A stretch of 64,000 nucleotides of DNA from the human T2T-CHM13v2.0 reference genome, Homo sapiens (GCF_009914755.1 NC_060930.1); one strand, 5' to 3'; shown: positions 42,805-56,696, numbered from the stretch's first letter. Made by a program: numbers and translations. Notes: generated from the letters alone by a model not told the origin.

Positions 42805-45800
42805 AAAAATTTTGTAGGTACACAGAGGAGTATATGTTGACATATTTTGATATAGTCATATAGTGCATAGTAATACCATCAGGGTAAATGTGATACCTAC
42901 AGTTTTGGTCTTTTTGCTTAGGATAGCTTTGACTACTCTGGATCTTTCATGGTTCCATATAAATTTTAAAATTGCTTTTTCTAATTCTGTGAAGAATGTC
43001 ATTGGTATCATAGTCATTTTGATAGGGATTGCATTGAATCTGTACATTACTCTAAATAGTATGGACATTTAAAAAATATTGATTCTTCCAATCCCATGAG
43101 CATGGAATATCTTTGCATTTTCTTGTAGCATCTTCACTTTCTTGCAACAATTTTTTATAGCTTTCATTATAGAGATCTTTCACTTCTTTGGTTAATTCCT
43201 AGGTATTTTATTTTATTTTATTTTATTTACAGCTATTACAAATGGGATTACTTTCTTGATTTCTTTTTCAGATTGTTCACTGTTAGCATATGGAAGTACT
43301 ACTGATTTTTGTATGTTGATTTTTTATTCTGCAACTTTACTGAATTAGTTTATCAGTTCTAATAGATTTTGGTGGTGTCTTTAGATTTTCCCAAATATAA
43401 GAATATATCATCTGTAAACAAGGAAGGAAAATTTGACTTCTTCCTTTCCAATTTGGATGTCCTTTATTTCTTTCTATTGTCTGAGTGCTCTAGCTAGGAC
43501 TTCCAGTAACACATTAAATAATAATGTTGAAAGTGGGCATCCCGTTTCAGATCTTAGAGGAAAGGCTTTCAGATACTCCCCATTCAATATGATATTATGA
43601 CAACTGTGTGTCTGTCAGATATGCTTTCTATTATGTTGAGGTATTTCCTGTTATACCAAGATTTTGGAGTGTTTTCATCATGAAAAAATGTTGAATTTTA
43701 TCAAATGCCTTTTCAGTGTAAGTTGCAATGATCCTATATTTTTTCCCTTCATTCTTTGACATGATGCATCACACTGAGTGACTTGCATATGTAGAACTAT
43801 CTTTGCATCTCTGGGATCAATATTACTTGGTCGTGATGAATGATCTTTTTCATGTGTTGTTGAATTTGTCTTAATAATATACTGTTGAGGATTTTTGCAT
43901 TAATAGTAACCAATAATATTGGCCTGTGGTTTCTTTTTTGATGTCTCTGTCTCAGGTTGGTATCAGAGTAACACTGGCCTCATAGTATGAGAATAGAAGT
44001 ATTCCCTCCTCCTCTATTTTTCAGAATCCTTTGAATAGGATGGGGTACTAATTCTTCTTTAAATTTTGGTAGAATTCAGTGTAAAACAGTTGGATTCCTG
44101 CCTGACTTTTCTTTACTAGAAGACTTATTACGGATTCAATCTTGTTATTATTTGTCTAGTCAGGTTTAGATTTCTTCATGGTCCAATCTTGATAAGTTGT
44201 ATGTGTCTAGGAATTTATTTCTTCCAGATTTTCCAATTAATTAGCATATAGTTGCTCATAGTAGCTACTAAGGATTCTTTGAATTTCTATTGTATTGGTT
44301 GTAATGTCTCCTCTTTCATCTCTGAATATATTTATTTGGATCTTTTTTTTTCTTAGTCTGGCTAAAAGTTTGTCAATTTGTTTATCTTCTCAAAAAGCAT
44401 CTTTTTGTTTCATTGATATTTGGTATTGTTTTCTTCATTTAAATTTATGTATCTCTATTCTGAATTTTTTTTCTTCTACTAATTTCTGTTTGATTTGTTC
44501 TTGATGGTCTAGTATTTTAAGTTGTTATTAAATTTACGTTATTAAATTTTTTATTTAAAATTGTTCTTGTTTTTTGATATAGGCACTCATAGCTATAAAC
44601 TTCTATCTTAGTACTCCTTTTGCTATATCCCATAGGTCTTGGTATGTTGTGTTTCCATTATCATTTCTTTCAATAAATTTTTCAATTTCTTCCTTAATTT
44701 CTTCTTTGACCCACTGGTCATTCAGGAGCATATTGTTTAATTTCCATGTGTTTTTATATTCTCCAAAATTCATTTGTTATTGATTTCTAGTTTTATTCCA
44801 TCGTGTTCAGAGAAGATACTTGACAGTATTTCAATTTTTTGAATGTTTTAGGACTTGTTTTGTGACATAACATATGGCTTATTATTGAGAATGACTCATG
44901 TACTAAGGAAAAGAATGTGTGTTCTGCGGCTCTTGGATGAAATGGTCTTTAAATATCTAACTAGGTTTATTTGATCTATAGTGTAGATAAGTCTGATTTT
45001 TTTAAATTTTCTGTCTAAAATCTGTCCAGTGCTGAAAGTGGAGTAATGGAGTCTGCAGCTATTATTGTATTGTGGTCCATCTCTTGCTTTAGCTCTAATA
45101 ATATTTGCATTAGATGTCTAAGTGCTCCAGTTGTTGGGTGCATATATTTTTATAATGTTTATATCCTCCTGGTGAATTGACCCCTTATTCATACATAGTG
45201 ACCTACTTTGTCTCTTCTTATAGTTTCGTCTTGAAACCTATTTTGTCTGATGTAACTATACCTACTCCTATTCTTTTTTGATTTTCATTTGCATGAAATA
45301 TATCTTTCCATCCCTTCATTTTCAGTTTTTGTATGTCTTTATAGGTGCAATGTGTTTCTTCTAGGCAACAGATTATTGGATCTTGGTTTTTTATTCATTC
45401 AGTCACTCTATTTTTTAATTTGTAAGTTTAGTCAATTTATAATCAATGTTATTATTGATAAGTAAGGACTTACTCCTACTATCTTGTTATTTATTTTCTG
45501 GTGGTTTTGTGGTCTGTTCTTCCTTCTTTTCCTCTTTCCTGTCTTCCTTTTAGTAAAAGTGATTTTCTCAGGTGTGTGATTTAATGTCTGGCTTTTTCTT
45601 TTTCATGTGTACATTATATGTTTTTTGATTTCACGTTACCAAGAGGCTTGCAAATAATATAACACATTTTCAGTTGATAACAACTTAACACTGCTTGCAT
45701 ATGTAAACAAACTAATAAGCAAAAAGAAAACTGATAAAAACTCTACACTTAAACTTCCTCTCCCACTTTCTAACTTTTTGTTGTTTCTATTTATATCTTA

Positions 45801-48800
45801 TCGTACAATCTATGTCTTGAAAAGTTGTAGTTATTATTTTTGATTGGTTCCTGTTTTATTCTTTCTACTTAAGGCAAGGATACTTTACACAACACAGCTA
45901 CAGTGTTTTTATATTCTGTGTTTTTCAGTGTACTTACTATTACCAGTGAGTTTTGTACCTTCAGATGATTTCTTTTTGCTCATTTACATCTATTTTTCTT
46001 GTGATTAATATATTCCTTTTAGCATCTCTCGGAGGACAGGCCTGGTGTTGATGAAATCCCTCAGCTTTTGTTTGTCTGAGTCTTTATCTCTCCTTCATGT
46101 TTGAAGAATATATACCCTGGATGTACCATTCTGTGGTATAAGCTTTTTTTTTCTTTTAGCACTTTAACTATGTCATGCCACTCTCTCCTGACCTTAAGGT
46201 TTCCACAGAAATGTCTGCTGCCAGACATATTGGAGCTCCATTGTATGTTAATTGTTTTTTATCTTGCTACTTTCAGAATCCTTTCTTTGTCCTTGACCTT
46301 TGGAAGTTTGATTATTAAATGCTTTGAGGTAGTCTTCTTTTGGTTAAATCACATTAGTATTCTATAACCTTCTTGTCCTTGAATATATATATATATATAG
46401 CTTTCTCTAGGTTTGGGCTTCTCTGTTATTATCCTGTTGAATAAACTTTCTACTCCATCCCTTCCTCTGCCTCCCACTTAAGGCCAATAACTTAGATTTT
46501 TCCCTTTTGATGCATTTTCTAGATCCTGAAGGCATGCTTTATTTTTATTCTTTTTTTCTTTTGTCTCCTCTGACTGTGTATTTCAAATAGCCTGTCTTCA
46601 AGCTCACTAATACTTTCTCCTGCTTGATTGAGTCTGCTATTAAAAGACTCTGATGCATTCTTCAATATGTCAATTGCATTTTTCAGCTCCAGAATTTCTG
46701 CTTGATTCCTTTTAATTACTTTAATGTCTTTGTTAAATTTACCTGATAGGATTCTGAATTCCTTCTCAGTGTTATCTTGAATTTCTTTGAGTTTCTTCAA
46801 GACAGCTATTTTCATAATAATACTCTGTCTGAAATGTCACGTGTCTCTGTTTCTCCAGGATTGGTTCCTTGTGCCTTATTTACTCTATTTGGTTAGATCA
46901 TATTCCCTGAATGTTCTTGATGCTTGCGGAAGTTCTTTGGTGTCTGAGCATTGAAGAGTTAGGTACTTATTATAGTCATCGCCATCTGGGCTTCTTTGTA
47001 CCCTTTCTCCTTGGGAAGGCTTCTTAAGTATTCAGAAGGACTTGGGTGTTGTGATCTAAACTGTATATGCATTAAGTGGCACCCCAAGCCCAGCAATACT
47101 GTGGTCCTTGTAGACTCACAGAAGTACCACTTAAGTGGTCTTGGATAAGATCTGGAAGAATTATCTGGATTACCAGGCAGAGACTCTTGTTCTCTTTCCT
47201 TACTTTCTCCAAAACCAATGGAGTTTCTCTTTGTATGCTGAGCTTCCTGGAGCTGGGGATGACATAACACAAGCACCTTTGTAGCCACCTCCCCTGGGAC
47301 ACTGCTGAATCAGAACTGAAGTCAGCACAGCTCTAGGTCTTGCCCAACGCTCAACGTGACCACTACTAGGCTACTACCTATGTTTGTTCAAGGTTCTGGG
47401 TCTCTACAATCAGCAGGTAGTAAAGCCAGCCAGTATTGTGTTCTTCCCTTCAGGGTAGCAAGTTCCCCCAGGTCGTGGGTGGGTCTAGAGATGCCATCTA
47501 GGAGCCAGGTACTGGAGAAAAAACTTTAAAAATCTACCTTGCATTCTGTTCCCCTGGAGCTGAGCTGGTACTCAAACCACAAAATGGAGTCCTCCCCATT
47601 CTTCCCTCCCTTTCTAAAGGCAAAGGAGCCTCACCCCGTAGGCTCCACCATCATAAGCCCATGGGAAGTACTAACAGCCTACTGCCAATGTTCAGTTGAG
47701 GCCCAAAGGATCTTTAGTCAGCTTGTGGTGAATGCTGCCAGGCCTGGGACTCATTCTTCATGGTAGTGGTCTCCCCTCGGTCCAGGGTAGGTCCTAAAAT
47801 GCCGTGAACCAAGGCCTGTAACTGGGGACCTGATGAGCCTGCTTGGTGCTCTACCCTACTGTGGCTGAGCTGGTACCTAAGATGCAACACAAAGTCCCCT
47901 TTGCTTTTGCCTTTGCTTTTCTCAAATAGAAGGAGTTTCTCCTCATAGCCTCCACAGCTGGGAATGTGCTGGTTCTTTCCTGAAGCCAGCATGTCTCTGA
48001 GTCTCACTCAAGTCTCACAGCTGGGTATTGCTGTGAGATTCTTCAGGTCCCAAGTGCTCTTTAGTCAGGAGGTGATGGATTCTGCTTGTACTGGATCCTT
48101 TCTTTCAAGGCAGTATGTTCCCTTCTGGCCCAGGGTGTGTCTAGAAATGTTATCTGGGAGCTAGGGCTTGCAATGGGGCTTATAGGCCTTATGGTGCTCT
48201 AATCTACTGTGGCTGAGTTTTTATTCAAGATACAAGAAAAAGTCCAGTTTTCTCTTTCCTCTCCTCTCCTCAAGTAGAAGGAAGGGGTCTCTTTTGCAGC
48301 TGTGAACTGTGCTGCCTGGGGTTGGGAAAGGGAAGATGCAAGCATTCCCTTAGCACCCTTGCTGGTATCTCAGTAGGTTGCATATCCCCCAAGTCCACTG
48401 GCTCTGAGACCAGCTCAGCACTTAGGAGCTAGGCTTGCTGGAACTCAAACTCTGACCACTGGGATGGACCATTCCCATCTGGCTAGGCTCTGTCCACACA
48501 TTCCCTCTGTAGGAAAGCGTTAGATAAGTACAGTCTGGTTCTGCTTTCCACTGTGACAGGGAAGCACCAAGTTCAATGCAAAGCATCACAATCACTGCAC
48601 TTTCCCTCCCAAGTGCACAAATTCTCCATGCCACACAGCTGCTGCTGGGGAATGGGAGAGGGATAGTGTTAGCAGTTTAAGACTATTTTGCCTACCCTCT
48701 TCAGTGCCTCTTTCAGAAATATTAATTCAAAACCAGGCACTGTCAGTGCTCACCTGATTTTTGCTTCCTTTGAAGGTGCTCCCTTTGTGTGGATATCAAA

Positions 48801-48875
48801 CTTGGTGTTCCCGTGGAAGCGGTGGGAAATGATCAGTAGAAACTTCTATGCAGTCATCTTGCTCCACGTCTCTGC
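42805..48875 (-). mobile_element. Old L1MA2/3 (L1M1-type 5' end), 5'-to-3' complete with an internal deletion
   Basis: 5' end GAGACGTGGAGCAAGATGACT; ORF1 coiled-coil remnant (46519-46815); ORF2 remnants; L1MA 3' terminus; diverged TSD CAAAGTTG(G/A)T(T/A)TTT at 42791-42804 and 48876-48889. Confidence 0.85.
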
Positions 48876-48964
48876 CAAAGTTGATATTTTAATGATGTGC
48901 CTAAGATAAGAGTATTTTTCAAAGTTTCTTTAGTTTTCGGCCTGTACTATTGTTATCTTATAAG

Positions 48965-49098
48965 TTTGTTTATTCAACAAACATTTATTGAAAACATACT
49001 GTATTTCAGGAAATGTCCTAGCTTTTGAGGATATATCAATGAAGAAGACAAGTTACAAATCACTTTTTCCTACTTTCACAGAGATTACATTTTAGTAG
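48965..49098 (-). mobile_element. L2 3' end
   Basis: TTTATTCAACAAACATTTATTGA. Confidence 0.75.
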
Positions 49099-49104
49099 AT
49101 CTAA

Positions 49105-49240
49105 CAGTCTAATCTTAAAAATGTAGATCCCTGCACATCACCATGGAGCTACTGAAAGAGATCTATTGGAAACAAGAGATATGCATATTTAATGAGTAAC
49201 CCATGTAATTCTTGGGCAGACTAAAGTTTCAAATCTAAAC
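49105..49240. mobile_element. MER5A-like hAT-Charlie relic
   Basis: TTAAAAATGTAGATCCCTG...ATGCATATTTAA..AGTAACCCATGTAATTCT..CTAAAGTTT. Confidence 0.5.
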
Positions 49241-49291
49241 TACTTTCCTCTTGCTATTTTCTTTCCCATGCTCTAGAGCTCTCATACTAGC

Positions 49292-49614
49292 TGTCTTTAT
49301 TTGCTTTTGCTGCTATCACAAAATACTTGAGACTAGATAATTTAAAAAGAAAAATTTATTTCTCACAGTTCTGGAGAGTAGGAAGTCCAAGATCAAGGCA
49401 CCAGCAGGACCAGAGTCTGATGAAGGCCCTTTCCTCATAAATGACATCATCTAGGTGTCCTCACATGGCTGAAGAGCGAAAAAGGGATGAACACCGTGTC
49501 CAGATCTCTCATGGTCTAATCACCTCCTAAAGGCCCCACCTCTTAAAAACTGTTCCATTGGAGATTAGCTTTCAACATGAATTTTGGAGGTACACAGATA
49601 TTCAAACCATAGTA
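49292..49614 (-). mobile_element. MSTD/MLT1A-like MaLR LTR
   Basis: AATTTATTTCTCACAGTTCTGGA..AAGTCCAAGATCAAGG and terminal ATTCAAACCATAGTA; near-TSD CTAGC/CTTGC. Confidence 0.82.
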
Positions 49615-50479
49615 CTTGCTGAGATTTTCCTAAAATCTGCTAAAATATCATTTAAATTTGGACTATGTATTGTGTTTATTGTGTTGGTCAGTGCATTTTT
49701 TGGGATCTCCTTACTACTCTATGCATTACGGTTTTTATTTTACTTATGTAACATTAAAACATGCCCTTCAAAATACTCTGTAGTTACATTTTATCTTTCT
49801 TCACCTTCTAACACAAGAACATGGATCTTCAAAATCTCCACTTACAAGTTTAAACATGTAAAACACATTAAAATGGTTACTATTATCAATTTTATGTATT
49901 ATACAGAGGGAATTAATTATATGTAATTAATTAAATAATATTAAAACAAACCTAAAAGTATGTAATACTTCTATGCTTTCTTCAGCTAAGCTTAGAGGTA
50001 GCAAATCAGGACATTAAAATGGTCTGTATCTTGCACTTTTCTTACGGTGAGAGGATAAGGCATTATAGAGAGTACTATACCATACTATTTATATAAAACA
50101 AATGAAAAATGTATTTTTTGCATATTAGATAAGCAGATCTTTGGACATATTCCATCAGACATGATTACAGGAAAAGAAATGGGAGCAAGAGTAAACACCA
50201 ATGAACCTGTAAAAGTGAAGCATTCTAGCAAATTTAAAGTGACCAGCCATGTTTATTTGCTCCTTCTTCTATCTTCTCTTCTCTTTTAAACACTATTTGA
50301 ACATCTTCCCTGTGAAGTTCCCAGACAGTTTATATCTAAATAAGTAGATTTTATTCAGGATAATAGCCAACCCCACTTTAGAACTTCCTCAAATTATTGG
50401 TTAAGAATCACATCTGAGATTTCATATCTAATCAGGTATTAGAACGAATGAATATAGTTGATTTTATTTTCATTTTATA

Positions 50480-50750
50480 CAGTAGATCCTCTCTTAAGTA
50501 ACATTCACTTAATCATTTAACAAAGAAGTTCATCCTATCTGTTCCTCACTGAACACCAGCTAAGAAACCACGAGACATTAAACCATGATGCCTTACTTTC
50601 CCATAAACCTATGTTCTTCTGTTTCCACTAACTCTACACCTTTATGTCAAGTTGCTGTGACTACATAGCTTTGTTAAAAATGTATAAAATAAGTAAATAT
50701 GAATAGAAAAGGATAGTTGTTTGAAGGAAACTAAGTTGAGTATTTGAGAC
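50480..50750 (+). mobile_element. Ancient TcMar-Tigger 5' fragment (Tigger13-like)
   Basis: TA|CAGTAGATCCTCTCTTAA TIR-like start and decayed transposase N-terminus (ATGAATAGAAAAGGATAGTTG..AACTAAGTTGA). Confidence 0.45.
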
Positions 50751-50805
50751 AATATTGTCCTTACCTGTTAGCACCAGAAAACAGTAATTCAAAATGCACT
50801 ACTTA

Positions 50806-51124
50806 AATCCCATTCACAATTGCCACACATAGAAAAAAAATACTTAGGAATACAGCTAACCAGGGAGGTGAAAAATCTCTACAATGAGAATTAGAAAACA
50901 CTGCTTGAAGGAATCAGAGAAAACACAAACAAATGGAAAAACATTTTATGCTTATGGATAAAAAGAATCAATATCATTAAAATGGCTATACTGCCCAAAG
51001 CAATTTACAGATTCAATGCTATTCCCATCAAACTACCAATGACATTCTTCACAGAACTAGAAAAAAATATTTTAAAATGTATATGGAACGAAAAAAGAGC
51101 CCAAATAGCCAAGGCAATCCTAAG

Positions 51125-51155
<31 letters not shown>

Positions 51156-52628
51156 CAGCAACAACAACAAAAAGCTGGAGGAATCACATTATCTGACTTC
51201 AAGCTATACTACAAGGCTACAGTGACCAAAACAGCATGGTATTGGTACAAAAACCGACACACAGACCAAAGGAACAGAATAGAGAGCCCAGAAATAAGGC
51301 TACACATCTACTACCATCTGATCTTTGACAAAGCTGACAGACACAAGTAATGGGAAAAAGACTCTCTGTTCAATTAATGTTGCTGGAATAACTGGCTAGC
51401 CATATGTAGAAGATTGAAGCTGAACCCCTTCCTCACACAATATATAAAAATCAACTCAATATGGATTAAAGACTTAAATGTAAAACTCAAAACTATATAA
51501 ACCCTGGAAGACAACCTAGGCAATACCATCCTGGACATAGGAATGGGCAAAGATTTCATGACAAAGACACCAAAAGCAATTGCAACAAAAGCAAAAATGG
51601 ACAAATGGGATCTAATTAAACTAAAGAGCTTCTGCACAGCAGAGGAAACTATCAACAAAGTGAACAGACAACCTACATAATGGGAGAAAATTTTTGTAAA
51701 CTATGCATCGGACAAAGGTCTAATATCCAGCATCTATAAAAAACTTAAACAAATTTACAAGAGAAAATCAAACAACCCCATTAAAAAGTAGGCAAAGGAC
51801 ATGAACAGACACTTCTCAAAAGAATACATACGTGCAGCCAACAAGCATATGAAAAATAAGCTCAATATCATTGATTGCTAGAGAAAGGCAAATGAAAAAC
51901 CCAGTGAGATAACATCTCACACCAGTCAGAATGACCATTAGTAAAAAGTCAAAAAATAACAGATGCTATTAAGGTTATGGAAAAAGGGAACCCTCATACA
52001 CTGTTGGTGGGAGTGTTCATCCATTGCGGAACGCAGTATGGCAATTCCTCAAACAGGTAAAAGCAGAACTACCATTCGACCCAGCAATCCCATTACTGGG
52101 CATATGCCCAGAGGAATATAAATCATTCTACTATAAAGACACATGCATGCCAATGTTCATTGCAGCACTATTCCCAATAGCAAAGACATGGAATCGACCT
52201 GAATGCCCATCAATGACAGACTTCATAAAATGTGGTACATATACACCATGCAATATTATGCAGCCATAAAAAAAGAGAACACGATCATGTATTTTTCAGG
52301 AACATGCAGTAGGAGGTTATCATCTTTATCAAACTAATGCAGGAACAAGCAACCAACTACCGAATGTTCTCACTTATAAGTGGGAGCTAAAGGATAAGAA
52401 CTTATGAACACAAAGAAGGAAACAGCAGACCCTGGGGTCTACTTGACAGGGGAGGGTAGGAGGAGAGAGAGGAGAAGAAAACATAACTATTGGGTACTGA
52501 GCTTAATACCTGTGTGATGTAATAATATGTGCAACAAAGCCCCATGACACAATTTGATGATTTAACAAATTGTGTTAACCTATTTAACAAATCTTCACGT
52601 GTATCCTCAAACCTAAAATAAATTTTTA
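50806..52628 (+). mobile_element. 5'-truncated L1PREC2-like LINE-1
   Basis: ORF2 3' half ([19 protein letters not shown]...), 3'UTR ATAACTATTGGGTACTG.GCTTAATACC; perfect 15-bp TSD AAAATGCACTACTTA (50791-50805, 52629-52643). Confidence 0.92.
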
Positions 52629-54650
52629 AAAATGCACTACTTAGGAACAAATGTATAAAACTGGAAATGATTTATAAAATTAATGAATGATAATGCCAAG
52701 AATTACTTTGCAACTCCTTTTAATTTCTCACTCCCCTCTAAATAAAAATAACACTGGAAATGGCATATATTATGGATAAGCACACACAAGAAATATCAAG
52801 GGGAAGTATCAATGGACTCATGTTAAAAATTGGTAAGAGTGTGCACGTGTATACTTTAAGTTAACATCTAGGTCTGAATCAAAAGTCCAGTCACTGTGGG
52901 TTCACAAGGTAGGATCCAATGACAGGTGTCCTGTGTGTCCCCATTCTCTCAAGATATGTTTCCTGTCTGAGTTTTTATTTTCTACAAAATTAGTTTCTAA
53001 GAACAAGTGAATAAAAAGGAAAGGATATCACAGGTAGTAGTGATTAACTTGGTAAAAGCCATAATCCTGCTTTGAATTACTTAATACAAATCTCTTGATA
53101 ATAACAGTTCACTCATTAATCAAAGTAATTATTCTAGTATCTCATGGATAAACTAAGAACTTTAAAGATACTATTTGTTAGGTGGTGACATGGAAAGCCT
53201 TTTATTCTTGGTAGCTTGACTTTAATATCAAGCCACATTTGGTCTCCCTTAGTCACTGAATTGGACTGCATCTATTACTCATGGGTCAACATGAAAAGTA
53301 ATGACTTAAAAAATTGTGATTTTTGTCAGGAACAGTAAACACATTGTTTTGAAAGGGCTTAAATTCAAGATAAAATAAAAAGATTCATCTGGGTCTTTCT
53401 CACCAGATTTTTTCATCTTCCCCCACCCTTTTCTTCAGTGTTGAAGAAAATTGAAGTATTGAACATTTCAAAAGGTTTTATTTGTAAATGCTTTTTATTT
53501 TTATTTCGAAGATGAACAGTGCCTAATATCATCACACCAGCTTCACAATTTTGCTTGCTGGAGGTGGATATAAATGACAACTCTTCTGGAAGCAAGGCGG
53601 TGTGGGCCTGTCTCCTGAACTGCTCAGTAGGAAGCTGACATTTCATCACTAAAGTTCAGTGCATTGGAACATTGTTCTAGTCATAACAAACTGTATAAAT
53701 TACAAAATCCTGGCAACACATTCTAGCCATTAAGCTGCATATCGCATATCCTTTTATTTTCATTCTGGAAAGCTTTTATTAATTCATAAAATGATTTTTC
53801 TTGATAGACAGAAATTGGAAGCTGGGAGAACAAACAACAAAAACAGGCCCACTTGTTTCCCAGCTGAACGATTTGACCAGATACATTAGCATTTAAATTT
53901 TTTCTGAAAAATTCCACCCATCACCAATTAGTATATATATATATATTTTTTAACATACCACTGCAAATTCATATCTCCCTGCCTTTTCATCCAATGGTAT
54001 TTTGCAAAATATTTTTCATTTTAATATTCTAAGCATAGTTTATTACACATCATTTCAACATTATATTTTTTCTCTTTTGGAATTACAAATGGGGTCACCA
54101 TAAGAGTATTAGAGCAACAAATTATATCCTTAAAACCTGAAGCTGTTCAATATTTGCCCAATAAGCTTTTTCTTACCCATAATCCCATCAAGGTTGAGAC
54201 AACAAAAGAGTGAGACATTGTATTATTTGCAGTTAAATCATTATTGATAAGTACAGAAAGAATAATAAAGAGTAATTTTTATATAACCATTTTAGTTATA
54301 AAAAAATGGACTACTTTATACAGTTTGTGATAAAATTTCACAATATAACAACAAATTGGGCTCTTTTTACAAGACATTATATATACAATAAGTTGCATAA
54401 AGTGTACCAATCCTTTGTGTGTGTCTCAGAGATGCTAACATATAAATATATACATTTATATAATCACCAAACCGATGAAGACATAAAACATTTCCTTAAG
54501 ATGATGCTTTTCCATGCATGCACTAAGATGACGCTTTTCCATGTATGCCATCTTCCAGAATACCTCCAGTTATTCTTACTGTAGACTAACCTGTCTGTTG
54601 TGACCTGTGATCATCCCTATATGTTACATCTTCTTAAAAATATGTAAATG

Positions 54651-55071
<421 letters not shown>

Positions 55072-55119
55072 TCATTCTCTTTAATTGCTGTGTAGTAGTC
55101 CATTTTATTATTATGTTTG

Positions 55120-55390
55120 TTCTTTTAACAGCTTTATTGAGCTAAAGTTTACATACCTTTAAATTCACCCTTTTAAATCACTAACTTAAAAGGTTTTGAG
55201 TATATTCTCAGAGTTGTACAACTATCATCATTATTTAATTTTAAAACTTTTTCATTGCTCTAAGAAGAAGTTCCAAACCCTTTAGCAGTCAGTCCCCATA
55301 ACTTTGCTCCTCAGCCCCTGGAAACCACTCACCTATTTTCTGTCTCTATGAATTTGTCTATTCCGGACATTTCAAATAAATGAAGTAAAA
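55120..55390 (-). mobile_element. L1MB-like 3' end
   Basis: TTTTAACAGCTTTATTGAG..AAATTCACCCTTTTAA..CAGAGTTGTACAAC..CAGCCCCTGGAAACCAC. Confidence 0.75.
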
Positions 55391-56583
55391 CAAGTTGTAC
55401 CACAGTTTACCTATTAATTCACCCATTGATGGCATTCATTTGCTTCCAGTTTGGGGCCATTATGAAAAATGCTATGAAAATTCTTGTCTCTTTGACATAA
55501 TTTACATTAATTTCTGGGTTACATGAATTGTAAACTTGTACAACTAAAAGCTGCTAAACATTTTTCCAAATTGGTTGTACAATTCTTCAATATCTCTAGT
55601 AATATATGAGAGCCATGTATAATTGGTGTATATTAAAATTGTACCATAATCTCTAAAATACTTGGTATTGTCAGTACTATTAATATTAACCATTATAGAA
55701 GTTGTATAGTAGAATTACATCATAGATTTAATTTACATGTCCTTGATAATTACTGATATTAAACATCAGTAATTTAAATACTGGCTAATTGTTACTCTTC
55801 CTTTGTGAAACATGTACTCAAATACTCGATTATTTTCATTGGATTGTTTTTCTTCTCCATATTGAGTTGTAAGAGTTTTTTATATATTCATGACATAAGA
55901 CTTTAGAACATATATGCATAATCTGTTTTATTTCAATACATGTAACTTGCCTTTAAATTTTCTTAATGATAACTTTTGAAGAGTAGAAAATTTTTATTTG
56001 GATCAAGTTAACTTTATGTTTTCTTCTATATACAGTACTTTTTTCTGCGTCCTGTCTAACAAATCTTCGTCTATACCATTCTAATTTTTTTCTTCTACAT
56101 TTTTATGTTTTACCTCCACATTTCAGTGTATAATTATTTTTATTATACTATCTCAGAATAATAAAAATGAAGTGAAAAAGCAATGAAAACGTTTTAAAAT
56201 TAAATAATGATGATAGTCACACAACTCTTGAGAATATACTAAAAACCTTTTAACTTAGCGATGTAAAAGAGTGAATTTAATGATAGGTGAACTTTATCTC
56301 AGTAAAGCTGTTAAAAAGAACAGGCTGTTACAATAATAAAACGGACTACTACACAACAATTAAAGAGAATGAACTGCTGCAATGACTCATCACAAAATGG
56401 ATCAATCTCAAAGATATACTGACATAAAGAAATAGAAACAAAAGCCTCTTTTTGTATTTTGTGTGAAGAAGACGGTGTGGTTTATTTTTTAATTAATATT
56501 TAATTGTTTCAGCACCACTTGATCAAAAGACTATCCTTTCCACATTGAATTACTTTGATACCATTGTTGAAAATCAATTTGCC

Positions 56584-56645
56584 AGATAGATAGATAATAA
56601 GTAGACAGATAGATAGATGATAGACAGACAGATAATAGACGGATG

Positions 56646-56696
<51 letters not shown>
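56584..56696. repeat. (GATA)n/(GACA)n tetranucleotide STR
   Basis: Direct observation; pure GATA run ~56646-56696. Confidence 0.95.
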
